From Psychrobacter cryohalolentis K5 (GTDB lineage: Bacteria > Pseudomonadota > Gammaproteobacteria > Pseudomonadales > Moraxellaceae), in contig NC_007969.1 of assembly GCF_000013905.1 (NCBI RefSeq), forward strand, positions 1,650,001-1,682,000: a stretch of 32,000 bases of DNA, read 5' to 3'. The translations under genes and the position numbers were made by a program. Under the pieces are notes generated by a model. It saw nothing but the letters and a program-made list of their open reading frames with translations. It was not told the DNA's origin and did no database searches. Each line of letters opens with the position of its first letter. Positions within the stretch are counted from its first letter, which is position 1. Shown piece after piece: positions 1-8,480 of the stretch.

Positions 1-1584
1 GCGGTCGATGGCGCTGATTTAAATCCTGTCCTACAAGATTTCGGTCTGATTATTCATCCGCCCATGTTATATATGGGCTATGTGGGTATGGTAGTGCCTT
101 TTGCATTTTGTATGGCGGCATTGTGGGAAGGGCGTTTAGATGCTGCTTGGACACGCTGGTCACGTCCATGGGCGCTCGCGGCTTGGGGATTTTTGACCAT
201 TGGTATTGCACTGGGCTCGTGGTGGGCCTACTACGAGCTTGGCTGGGGCGGTTGGTGGTTTTGGGATCCGGTAGAGAACGCCTCGTTTATGCCTTGGCTT
301 GTCGGCTTAGCATTGCTGCATTCATTAGCAGTCACTGAAAAGCGCGGGGTGTTTAAAGCATGGACCATCATGCTGGCTATTTTCGCCTTTGCCTTAAGCT
401 TGCTTGGCACGTTCCTGGTACGCTCTGGAGTCCTTACCTCAGTGCATTCGTTTGCCGCTGATCCGACGCGTGGTTTGGTCATCTTAGCTATTCTTGGCAT
501 TATCATCGGTAGTGGTCTATTAATGTTTGCCGTTCGCGGTTGGCGTTTAACCGTTGAAAGTCAATATCAGCTGATTTCACGTGAGTCCTTTTTAGTGATC
601 AATAACGCCATCATTTTGATTGCAACCTTAGTGGTGCTGCTCGGCACCCTCTATCCTATTATCGCTGATGCCTTTGGTTTAGGACAAGTGTCCGTTGGCC
701 CTCCTTATTTTAATGCATTATTTGTACCTTTAACGTGGCTGTTATTAATAGCTATGGGTATGGGCTCAAATATTCGCTGGAAAAAAGACACCCGTCCACT
801 ACTGGGTATAGGCATGGTCATCGCCGTTAGTAGCTTAGTATTAGCCGCCATTATTACTTACTTTGTTAATCCATCGTCTATGCTTAATATTGGTGTGACT
901 TTAGCCGTTAGCTTTTGGGTACTGCTATGGATGGCAGTTGATTTTAAAGATAAAACTAAGAATGCGCCTAATTTTTTTAACGGTTTGCGGCAGTTGCGTC
1001 TGAGCTATTGGGGTCAACAGACTGCTCATATTGGCGTATTGGTTGCTGTCATTGGCATAGCCTTTACTAGTAGCTTGAGTATTGAGCGTGACGTAGCAAT
1101 GGGTATTGGCGATACAGTCAATGTTCAAGGTTACGATTTTGAAGTAACTGAATTTTTTGAAATAAAGGGTAGTAACTTTGATGCAACGCAGGCGCAAGTC
1201 GTGGTATCCAAAAACGGTCGTGAAGTGGCGAAACTGAATCCAGAAAAGCGTACTTATATCATTAGCACTATGCCGACCACTGAGGCGGCCATTGATGCTA
1301 GCCTAATGCGCGATGTTTATGTCGCACTGGGCGAACCTATTGCCGATGGTAGTAACCAATGGGCATTAAGGATTTATGTAAAACCATTAATTCGCTGGAT
1401 TTGGTTAGGGGCAATTATCATGGCTCTAGGTGGATTAATTAGCATGCTTGATAAACGATACCGCATCAAAAAAGTTAAAGCTCCATTGCTAGTTACTGGT
1501 GATCTGGCTACTGATGGAGTCAATGAGGTAGCTATTGAGCAGGCAATCTCAGCATCGACGATGTCGACACTAAAGGAGAAATAA
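1..1584 (+). CDS. ccmF: Cytochrome c-type biogenesis heme lyase CcmF, C-terminal part (5' end upstream of window)
   Basis: Frame 1 is open from nt 1 (AVDGADLNPVLQDFGLIIHPPMLYMGYVG...), so the listed ORF 64..1584 is only the part after the first in-window Met. Trp-rich heme-handling block WGGWWFWDPVENASFMPWL and many TM helices. Followed by ccmG-ccmH-ccmI in canonical order. Confidence 0.93.
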   Translation, partial: AVDGADLNPVLQDFGLIIHPPMLYMGYVGMVVPFAFCMAALWEGRLDAAWTRWSRPWALAAWGFLTIGIALGSWWAYYELGWGGWWFWDPVENASFMPWLVGLALLHSLAVTEKRGVFKAWTIMLAIFAFALSLLGTFLVRSGVLTSVHSFAADPTRGLVILAILGIIIGSGLLMFAVRGWRLTVESQYQLISRESFLVINNAIILIATLVVLLGTLYPIIADAFGLGQVSVGPPYFNALFVPLTWLLLIAMGMGSNIRWKKDTRPLLGIGMVIAVSSLVLAAIITYFVNPSSMLNIGVTLAVSFWVLLWMAVDFKDKTKNAPNFFNGLRQLRLSYWGQQTAHIGVLVAVIGIAFTSSLSIERDVAMGIGDTVNVQGYDFEVTEFFEIKGSNFDATQAQVVVSKNGREVAKLNPEKRTYIISTMPTTEAAIDASLMRDVYVALGEPIADGSNQWALRIYVKPLIRWIWLGAIIMALGGLISMLDKRYRIKKVKAPLLVTGDLATDGVNEVAIEQAISASTMSTLKEK

Positions 1585-2247
1585 ATGACTATGTCGAATA
1601 ATACTCCTGAGCAAAAAGATAGCCAAAACAGTAAGCAGCGTAACCCAAAGACAATGAAAAAAAAGCAGACGAAGCTATGGTTCTTAATTCCGCTTATCCT
1701 CTTTTTTGGTTTGGTAGTTATATTGTACATGCGCTTAGGTAAACCAACAGACATTGTGACCAATACCGCTCTTGAGCGTCCGGTTCCTACCTTTGAGCTG
1801 CCGTTATTAGCAGATACTACCCGTACTATCACCAATGATAATTTGCCAGATAAGCCGTTTTTACTTAATGTTTGGGGCTCATGGTGCCCAACTTGCGTTA
1901 TTGAGCATCCGTTTTTAATGCAACTAGAAGAGCGCGGCGTTGATATCGTTGGTGTGAATTATAAGGATGAGATTGGTAATGCGCTCAGTTACTTAAACCG
2001 AGGCGGTGATCCATTTTCTATGTCTATTCAGGATTCATTGGGTCAGTTTGCTCTAGACTTAGGCATAACTGGTGCGCCCGAAACCTTTGTTGTGGATGGA
2101 GATGGCATCATTCGTCAGCATATTGTTGGTGAGATTAATGAAGCCAATTGGCAACAGCGTGTTAAGCCGTGCCTGACAGTACTTAATAAGGCTAATAAGA
2201 ACAACGATAGTCCTGATCTCATTCAGGTTGAGGAGATGTGCAAATGA
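1585..2247 (+). CDS. ccmG: Thiol:disulfide interchange protein CcmG/DsbE (periplasmic thioredoxin of cytochrome c maturation)
   Basis: ATG 1585 lies 7 nt after AAGGAG (1572-1577) and abuts the ccmF stop. N-terminal TM anchor, then a thioredoxin fold with WGSWCPTC (CxxC) and a GAPETFVVD block. Confidence 0.93.
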   Translation: MTMSNNTPEQKDSQNSKQRNPKTMKKKQTKLWFLIPLILFFGLVVILYMRLGKPTDIVTNTALERPVPTFELPLLADTTRTITNDNLPDKPFLLNVWGSWCPTCVIEHPFLMQLEERGVDIVGVNYKDEIGNALSYLNRGGDPFSMSIQDSLGQFALDLGITGAPETFVVDGDGIIRQHIVGEINEANWQQRVKPCLTVLNKANKNNDSPDLIQVEEMCK

Positions 2248-2813
2248 ACGTTACTCGAATAAGAGCTCCTCAACTAAAACCCAATATAGTTTTAAAAATA
2301 GCAAGCTTAATACTAGCGTGTCTGCTTAACATGACGGCAAACGCAGCTATTGACGTATACGATTTTGACTCACCACAGCAAGAAGCTCAGTATCGTGGAT
2401 TAATAGAAGAGTTTCGCTGCCCAAAATGCCAAAATCAAAACCTTGCAGCCTCTGATGCACCGATTGCACAGGATCTAAAGCAAAAAGTCTATGATTTAAT
2501 TAAAGATAGACGTAGTGATGCTGAAATACGCGTCTATATGCAAGAGCGCTACGGTGACTTTATTAGCTACAAGCCGCCTATGCGACCATCAACATGGATC
2601 CTATGGTTTTTTCCACCACTATTATTGCTCGTCTTAATCATTGGTTGGTTTTGGCAAAGTAAGCGTCGCCAAGTTGTTGCCCGTGGTCAAAGCGGCGTCA
2701 CAGTGAACAGTACTGCTGCCTTGACCTCTACGGAAAAGGCTGAGCTTGATCGTCTATTATCGCAAGCTGAGAGTGTCGACCACGACATTACTAGCCTAGA
2801 GGACAAAAAATGA
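2244..2813 (+). CDS. ccmH: Cytochrome c-type biogenesis protein CcmH
   Basis: The ORF track starts at GTG 2238. ATG 2244 sits 8 nt after GAGGAG (2230-2235) and overlaps the ccmG stop (2245-2247). Signal peptide, RCPKCQNQNLAASDAPIA (CcmH RCxxC motif) and one C-terminal TM helix. Confidence 0.9.
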   Translation: MNVTRIRAPQLKPNIVLKIASLILACLLNMTANAAIDVYDFDSPQQEAQYRGLIEEFRCPKCQNQNLAASDAPIAQDLKQKVYDLIKDRRSDAEIRVYMQERYGDFISYKPPMRPSTWILWFFPPLLLLVLIIGWFWQSKRRQVVARGQSGVTVNSTAALTSTEKAELDRLLSQAESVDHDITSLEDKK

Positions 2814-4090
2814 CTCTATTTTCTACTTTTGGCTTATTTGTAACTCTAAGCTTGCTGATTGCTCTTATATTTGCGCTGATTGCTATTATGCCATGGCTAC
2901 GAGCACCGCGTTTGCAGTCCAAACCAATAGACAATCAACTGCTAGATATTAATGTTGCAGTATTTCGCGAACGTTTAGCTGAGCTACAAACAGATAAAGA
3001 CAGCGGTACTATTAATAATAGCCATTATCAAAATCAAAAGCTGGAACTGGAGCGTCAGCTATTAGATGCGCAGCGTCAGATAACACCTATGGTCACCCCT
3101 GATGTCAAAAGCCGTTTAATTGTCGCAGCTTGGATCCCAATATTGGCTGCAATGGCGTATTTACTAATAGGCAATCGTACGCCCGTGTTTGATTTGTGGA
3201 CAGCTGAGGACAAAGTAGGACAAGTGGCTGACGACCTATTGACAGCTAAAATTGACAAGCCGCCATCATGGGCGTTTGAAGATGGTCGTCAACTGATTAG
3301 CGCCATGCAAACCAATGTTCATCGTAATGCTGATGATCCTAATCGCTGGATGCGCCTATCCGAGCTTTTCTTATCTATGGAGGCAACTGATTCTGCGCTG
3401 GAAGCCTTATCTCGTGCCTATCGTTTAGCTCCTGAAAATGAAGAAATCGCCACCACTTATGCTCAGACTAGCTTTTTTGTTAATGAAGGTCAGTTAGACG
3501 CTAATATTCGCCGTGTATTACAAGCTATATTAGCTAAAAATCCGCAGCATGAACGGGCTCAGATGCTCATGGCAATGGGTGAGACTCGTAGTAGTAACTT
3601 TGCCCAAGCGCAAGGTTGGATTAAACGCTTACAAGGCAGCATTGTGGCCAAACCAGGTGATCATACTAAAGCTTTAGCAAGCTTAGATGAGTTGAGTAAC
3701 TACGTTAGCACGCAAGAAAAGCAAGCGCTAGAAGGTATTGACGTGACAGTGAAAATTAACGCTAATTTATTACCGTTAGTGAAAGCTGATGATGTGTTGT
3801 TTGTTGCGATACGTGACGTTAAAGGAGGTCCACCGTTTGCCGCCAAACGTTTACCCATTAGTGTTATTGAGCAAGGTGAGGCCAGTATCCGCTTAAGCAA
3901 TCTTGATGCGATGATGCCAGATCGCACGTTAAATTCAGCTCGTAGTGACAAAACTCAGTTAGCAGTCGTTGCTCGTATTAGTCATAGCGGTAATGCCATA
4001 GCAGAGTCAGGCGACTTATCGGGTAATCCGATAGTGATTAGTGCTGAACAGACTCAGGTTAATGTTGAAATCAATCAACAGATTCCCTAA
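2810..4090 (+). CDS. ccmI: Cytochrome c-type biogenesis protein CcmI/CycH (TPR-like periplasmic domain)
   Basis: ATGA start/stop overlap with ccmH at 2810-2813. N-terminal TM segments followed by a long helical repeat domain. Its position after a stand-alone ccmH matches Pseudomonas-type ccm operons. Confidence 0.8.
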   Translation: MTLFSTFGLFVTLSLLIALIFALIAIMPWLRAPRLQSKPIDNQLLDINVAVFRERLAELQTDKDSGTINNSHYQNQKLELERQLLDAQRQITPMVTPDVKSRLIVAAWIPILAAMAYLLIGNRTPVFDLWTAEDKVGQVADDLLTAKIDKPPSWAFEDGRQLISAMQTNVHRNADDPNRWMRLSELFLSMEATDSALEALSRAYRLAPENEEIATTYAQTSFFVNEGQLDANIRRVLQAILAKNPQHERAQMLMAMGETRSSNFAQAQGWIKRLQGSIVAKPGDHTKALASLDELSNYVSTQEKQALEGIDVTVKINANLLPLVKADDVLFVAIRDVKGGPPFAAKRLPISVIEQGEASIRLSNLDAMMPDRTLNSARSDKTQLAVVARISHSGNAIAESGDLSGNPIVISAEQTQVNVEINQQIP

Positions 4091-4231
4091 TAAAAAATTA
4101 TTACCGTAAGTTTCATAATACCAGAGCGGTAAGTGGAGCAGTTTTTAAAAGTGGCGCTATTAATAGTCGTATACTAAAAACATATACGTTTAACATTGTT
4201 CATTGTATAAACACAGATAAAGAAAACAACT

Positions 4232-4939
4232 ATGACTGAATCTACCGACAGATTAGATAGTACTAAATTGAATAGCGTTGAATCGGCTAGTACTAATATT
4301 GCTGACAATAAAGTACCTATAGCTGTGAGTAGTACTCATCAATCAATTGACTCTAAAACCATGAATCATACGCCTAAAGCTATGTACGTAACTTCAGGCA
4401 ACTCGATAACACCTAAAGGTAAGTTGAATAAAATGCCAAAAATGGTTGCCAATGGCAGTCGCGCTTTTATCTGGTATTTGTTGGCGATAATGGTATTAAT
4501 ACTTGATCAATGGACTAAGTGGTTGGCCCAAACCAAATTAGCGTTCAATGACCCCGTACCGGTCATTGAACCATTTCTCAACTGGACACTCGCTTATAAC
4601 TATGGGGCAGCATTTAGCTTTTTAGCCGACGCTGGCGGTTGGCAGAAATGGTTTTTCTCAGGCTTAGCTTTTATAATGGCTATCTTTTTAACGGTTTATT
4701 TAATCAAAGCGCCACGTGCAGCCAAGCTATTGTCCATGGGGTTAGCCTTAATGCTCGGTGGTGCGATTGGCAACTTAATCGATCGTTTAAGAATTGGTAA
4801 AGTGGTTGACTTTATCCATGTGCATTATGCTGATGTCTGGAATTATCCTATTTTCAATGTTGCAGATATAGGTGTCTGTGTCGGTGTCGCATTGATTATA
4901 ATTGACATGATATTTTTAGAAAGTAAGCGTAATAAATAA
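4232..4939 (+). CDS. lspA: Lipoprotein signal peptidase II (LspA) with a Ser/Thr-rich N-terminal extension; alternative start ATG 4433
   Basis: The C-terminal ~165 aa carry SPase II blocks (LDQWTKW, NYGAAFSF, GGAIGNLIDR, VVDFI, FNVADIGV). The first ~67 codons are low-complexity. An internal Met at 4433 (MPKMVANGSR...) would give a conventional length. Confidence 0.9.
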   Translation: MTESTDRLDSTKLNSVESASTNIADNKVPIAVSSTHQSIDSKTMNHTPKAMYVTSGNSITPKGKLNKMPKMVANGSRAFIWYLLAIMVLILDQWTKWLAQTKLAFNDPVPVIEPFLNWTLAYNYGAAFSFLADAGGWQKWFFSGLAFIMAIFLTVYLIKAPRAAKLLSMGLALMLGGAIGNLIDRLRIGKVVDFIHVHYADVWNYPIFNVADIGVCVGVALIIIDMIFLESKRNK

Positions 4940-5184
4940 GCACATTGATGCCGATTATCACAAACAAAATGAACTAGCGTCGTAGTCACTCTATACGGAA
5001 AAATACTTTTTATACTTGAGTATGTTTATAAAATGTGAACTGGAAGGTAATGTATGACTGGTATAGGTACTCACTCATTTTAGGTCTTAAAACCCAATAC
5101 TTAAAAGCTCTGCGTAGAGCCATTATTATAGAGACATTGAATAATCCATAAATTCTTTATTGATAATAACAAAAGGAAAATATA

Positions 5185-5547
5185 GTGTCACAGGCTCAGC
5201 CAACTATTGAAAAAATTCACAGCCTTAGAAAAAAACAAGAGACCGCGTTAAAAAGTCTTACCCTTATAGGCTACCTAGAAGGCACCTCTTTCTTATTATT
5301 GCTCTTCATCGCCATGCCACTAAAATATATGATGGACATTCCAGAAGGTGTGAAATATATCGGTATGGCGCACGGTGTACTATTCATTGTCTATATCGTA
5401 GTACTTGTAGGCACAGCTATCAAAGTAAAAATTCCTCGTTGGGCAATACCTGCGGGCGTACTCGGATCACTCTTACCATTTGGCCCGTTCATATTTGATC
5501 ATTTACTAAAAAAGAATCTACAAAAAAGCGTAAGTAAAGAAGCCTAG
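5185..5547 (+). CDS. Small 4-TM membrane protein, DUF3817/YdzA-like
   Basis: GTG 5185 is preceded by AAGGAAA. Blocks IGYLEGTSFLLLLFIAMPLKY and GMAHGVLFIVY resemble the DUF3817 family as I remember it. No search was run. Confidence 0.65.
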   Translation: MSQAQPTIEKIHSLRKKQETALKSLTLIGYLEGTSFLLLLFIAMPLKYMMDIPEGVKYIGMAHGVLFIVYIVVLVGTAIKVKIPRWAIPAGVLGSLLPFGPFIFDHLLKKNLQKSVSKEA

Positions 5548-5850
5548 AACAAGCTCTGCTACAAATGCTACAAACGTATATTATTACTCAAGATTATTTT
5601 TCCTAACTAAATTACAAGCCGCCATCACTCATCATGGCGACAAATGAATAACATTGAGCAGAAATTAATCACAATAAAACTTTGATTCAGACCCAATATG
5701 AATAGTCTCACACTCTAGTTACTTTTCGAACTTATCTTACATACTATCGACAAACCCGTCTTGTTTAAAAGCTAAACAGGTTTTGTCATCCGCGATGGCT
5801 TTCCTGTTATCGTAGGGTATATCCCAGCGGAACCATTTAAAAGGCATCAA

Positions 5851-5871
5851 AAACCGATTAATAGACCACCT
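5851..5871. repeat. Left copy of a 21-bp inverted repeat AAACCGATTAATAGACCACCT
   Basis: The reverse complement of 8481-8501 is AAACCTATTAATAGACCACTT, identical at 19/21 positions. It lies 51 bp upstream of the ATG of the decayed serine recombinase gene. Confidence 0.75.
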
Positions 5872-5917
5872 AAAATAGACTGGTGTAGTGGAACTACTTA
5901 TAACAGACTATTTTAGG
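5869..5917. promoter_or_regulatory. Extended dyad symmetry (10-bp perfect arms CCTAAAATAG / CTATTTTAGG, inner GTAG/CTAC) between the left repeat and the recombinase relic
   Basis: Arms at 5869-5878 and 5908-5917 are exact reverse complements. An inner 4-bp pair lies at 5885-5888/5894-5897. The element overlaps the last 3 nt of the 21-bp repeat and ends 5 nt before ATG 5923. Confidence 0.4.
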
Positions 5918-5922
5918 TGTTT

Positions 5923-6088
5923 ATGTTTATCAGAGCGTATCTTACTTAGAGCGTCAACCAAAGAGCAAAATGCCAAATGTGCCAAGAACAAGCTCATACA
6001 GTTTGCTACTGATCATGGCCTTAAAGCTGCTGTGTTCTATATAGAAAATGGATCAGGGGCGACACTAGTACTTACAAAACTAATATAG
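5923..6088 (+). pseudogene. Serine recombinase (resolvase/invertase) N-terminal relic, frameshifted and truncated
   Basis: ATG 5923 gives MFIRAYLT*. Removing one copy of the tandem CTTACTTA (5941-5948) restores MFIRAYLRASTKEQNAKCAKNKLIQFATDHGLKAAVFYIENGSGATL. This aligns with the N-terminus of the intact recombinase at 7738-8328 (MTVRIYVRASTKDQ...YVEHFSGTKL). The frame ends at 6088, and a weak remnant (DVILKYS) may continue to ~6140. Confidence 0.7.
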
Positions 6089-6120
6089 CTGATAACTATC
6101 ATAGCCAAAGAAGCGATGTG

Positions 6121-6144
6121 ATACTCAAATACTCAAATACTCAA
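6121..6144. repeat. Tandem repeat (ATACTCAA)x3, running into the palindrome CTCAAAAT-T-ATTTTGAG (6140-6156)
   Basis: Read directly from the sequence. It lies inside the decayed recombinase remnant. Confidence 0.6.
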
Positions 6145-6274
6145 AATTATTTTGAGCATCAGTATCCTTTGATACGGAATGTTTTAGGTATTCTGTTAGC
6201 CTAAATAGAGTCAAGAAAAATATCGATTACTTTTCAAGCTATGGTATATCAGCCGATTCTCTTATAGTCGAATC

Positions 6275-6291
6275 ATCATCGCAACGATGAT
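6275..6291 (-). terminator. Possible terminator hairpin ATCATCG-CAA-CGATGAT downstream of the 336-aa gene
   Basis: Perfect 7-bp stem with a 3-nt loop, ~85 nt past the stop at 6373 on the minus strand. Flanks are A/T-rich but there is no clean U-tract. Confidence 0.3.
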
Positions 6292-6372
6292 ATTTATAAT
6301 AGCTTAATTATCAAGGTAGACATCCTTGCATAGAGCGTGGTTTGCTTTACATATTTAAATTGAACAGCCCAA

Positions 6373-7383
6373 TTAAGGAGTATCTGGGCTATTAACAGGT
6401 TTGTAGGTTGTAAAATATCCAGTCCATACTTTGCCATAGGTAGTTTTAAATAAGACCTTTTCGGTAGGATATATAATGATCTCTTTATCTAATCTATGAT
6501 TGCATTCCTTGATGGCACATAATTTAACAAAGATGTATTTGTCATTAAAATACTCTATCTCGTAGTTCTTGGTTTTAAAATCGTTATATATTACTGCCTC
6601 TAAGGTTTTAGTGTTATATAAATCAGCAGGCAATATAAAGCTTGCACTAAATGCTTTGATTAACAGATAACAAATAAAGATGGCTATTGCTATGCCTGCT
6701 AATATTGACCAGTAAATAGGCTTTCTATATTTATCTACAAGGGTGCCCATACGGTCTTTAATATTATCCGAATTAATACCATCTTGAGCGTACTTCAATC
6801 CAATCAGCATAACAGCGTCAAGTACATAAAACATAAAGCCCGAAATAAAAAAACTTACAAGTAAAATGGTAACAATAGGGGATGTGGGGAACATACCTGC
6901 AAATAGCTCACTAATTAAATAAATAATAAGAACTAGCATTATAGGTATGACGATAAGCATCTTTTTTATGTGAAAATTTAAGTTTTTTCTAAGCTTTTTA
7001 ACAAATTCTTCATCTTCAAGCCCTTTGACTTTGTTTTCAAAAGCACTTTTTAACAAACCTATTACTGCCTTCCCCATAACAATTATCAGAACGATTAAAA
7101 ACAGTATAAGTATGCCGTCAACTGGTATTTGAGTGACAGAAAAAAACCTAATATAAGCAACATTTATACTTGATAATTCTAAGATCTGCCATAAAGCTCC
7201 TAAAAAAGATGGCAACAATAAAACAAGGCTTATGTTGTCCAGCACCCATTTAACCTGCTCCCTTAGTGTCTTCTTTGTGACCTCGGCTTTTTCATCAAGG
7301 CTATAAGTTTCTGGCACAAATAAGCCATTATCTTTTTTATGCCAGGCTGTGCCTTTAAACTCTTCTCTATTTGGGTCTGACAT
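6373..7383 (-). CDS. Orphan integral membrane protein (about 5 TM helices, soluble N- and C-terminal domains), function unknown
   Basis: 336-aa ORF, strongly AT-rich. Hydrophobic helices include ISLVLLLPSFLGALWQILEL, VDGILILFLIVLIIVMGKAVIGLL, MLIVIPIMLVLIIYLISELFAGMF, IVTILLVSFFISGFMFYVLDAVMLIGL and IYWSILAGIAIAIFICYLLIKAF. The ~85-aa C-terminal domain contains CAIKECNH. I recognise no family. Confidence 0.7.
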   Translation of the reverse strand: MSDPNREEFKGTAWHKKDNGLFVPETYSLDEKAEVTKKTLREQVKWVLDNISLVLLLPSFLGALWQILELSSINVAYIRFFSVTQIPVDGILILFLIVLIIVMGKAVIGLLKSAFENKVKGLEDEEFVKKLRKNLNFHIKKMLIVIPIMLVLIIYLISELFAGMFPTSPIVTILLVSFFISGFMFYVLDAVMLIGLKYAQDGINSDNIKDRMGTLVDKYRKPIYWSILAGIAIAIFICYLLIKAFSASFILPADLYNTKTLEAVIYNDFKTKNYEIEYFNDKYIFVKLCAIKECNHRLDKEIIIYPTEKVLFKTTYGKVWTGYFTTYKPVNSPDTP

Positions 7384-7737
7384 AGAGCACCTTAATCTCT
7401 TAAAATGAAGAAAATAAGGTTATAAGCGACCTTATGTTACTTCTCTCGTAGTAAGATTGATTCATACAAGAGGACTGGTAAAATGTTTACTATTCTAAAG
7501 TATTTCTGCCCAGTTTTTCTAGCTTTATCATTAGTGAGCTTAAAGCCTATGCGGCAAACATCCCAACCATAAGATACTGTGTTTTAACACGTCCACATAG
7601 TAAAAAAGTTGGTGTCTCTATAAATAAATATTTCTTACCTCGCGTGTAAAACCTTATATATCAGCTATTTATGAACGAAAATAAAATATAGCACTCATAA
7701 TAATAATGATGAGCTAATATTTAAAATACCTCAGCTA

Positions 7738-8328
7738 TTAGTCCTGCTTTAATACACGATAAACGGTAGCTACCCCAACACCAACCGCCTTAGCGATTTC
7801 CTCTTTTGTCATATTGGCTTGACTGTCTAATTCTCTAATACGATTGTGTTTCGTTGTATTAGGCTTCTTACCAGTGGGCTTATAGCCACTGTTAGCCAGT
7901 CCCTGCTTAATACGCTCTCTACGCTTGTCGTTATCAAGTTTTGCCATCGTTGCTAATAAGTCGATCAACATATGGTTAATCACTGTTAGGATATCACCTG
8001 TCATGCCACCACTCACCGTATACGTGGTTGGTAGATCAGCCACCACCAATCGTAAGCCTTTGTCTTTGATACGCTGCTTTAGAATTGCAAAATCATCTTG
8101 AGATAGCCGGCTTAATCTATCCACGCTTTCAACTAGTAGAATATCGTCTTTTTCAGCATCCTTTAGCAGCTTGGCTAAAGCTGGTCTATCGAGCTTCGTA
8201 CCACTGAAATGCTCAACATATTCAATATAGTTATCATCATAACTTGTACTGAAAGCTACTAACTCAGCTAATGCTCTGGTAGCGTCTTGATCCTTAGTGC
8301 TGGCTCTCACATAAATACGAACGGTCAT
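7738..8328 (-). CDS. Small serine recombinase (resolvase/invertase family)
   Basis: Catalytic N-terminus YVRASTKDQ, VESVDRLSR block and a C-terminal HTH EIAKAVGVGVATVYRVLK. The 196-aa length is typical of resolvase/Hin-type enzymes. GAGGTGG Shine-Dalgarno just upstream of the ATG. Confidence 0.9.
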   Translation of the reverse strand: MTVRIYVRASTKDQDATRALAELVAFSTSYDDNYIEYVEHFSGTKLDRPALAKLLKDAEKDDILLVESVDRLSRLSQDDFAILKQRIKDKGLRLVVADLPTTYTVSGGMTGDILTVINHMLIDLLATMAKLDNDKRRERIKQGLANSGYKPTGKKPNTTKHNRIRELDSQANMTKEEIAKAVGVGVATVYRVLKQD

Positions 8329-8351
8329 AACGCCACCTCTATTACTTAGAC

Positions 8352-8439
8352 TTAATAATTAATGTTCATTAATAATAGCAAGATATTACTATCATTTAAT
8401 AATACAAAAAAGTCTAATGATAGATAGATTATCATTTAA
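8352..8439 (-). promoter_or_regulatory. Candidate recombinase promoter plus a res-like repeat cluster
   Basis: Minus-strand TTGCTA (8381-8376), 18-nt spacer, TATTAA (8357-8352). Directly upstream are two direct copies of TATCATTTAA (8390-8399 and 8430-8439) and an inverted partner TAATGATA (8415-8422). Confidence 0.3.
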
Positions 8440-8480
8440 AGCTTTTATGCTTTAGGTATAGTGAAACGGTAGATTGTTTT

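Noticed and set aside
5728-5735. GAACTTAT occurs at 5728-5735 and at 28658-28665, which could be island-flanking direct repeats (att).
   Set aside because: It is only an 8-mer. Several such matches are expected by chance between two AT-rich regions of ~300 and ~800 bp, and the similarity does not extend convincingly. The island ends remain undefined.
5736-5846. A 36-aa minus-strand ORF (MPFKWFRWDIPYDNRKAIADDKTCLAFKQDGFVDSM) starting next to the left 21-bp repeat.
   Set aside because: It has no RBS, no recognisable family and is too short to support. It could be the stub of a lost gene, but I cannot show that.
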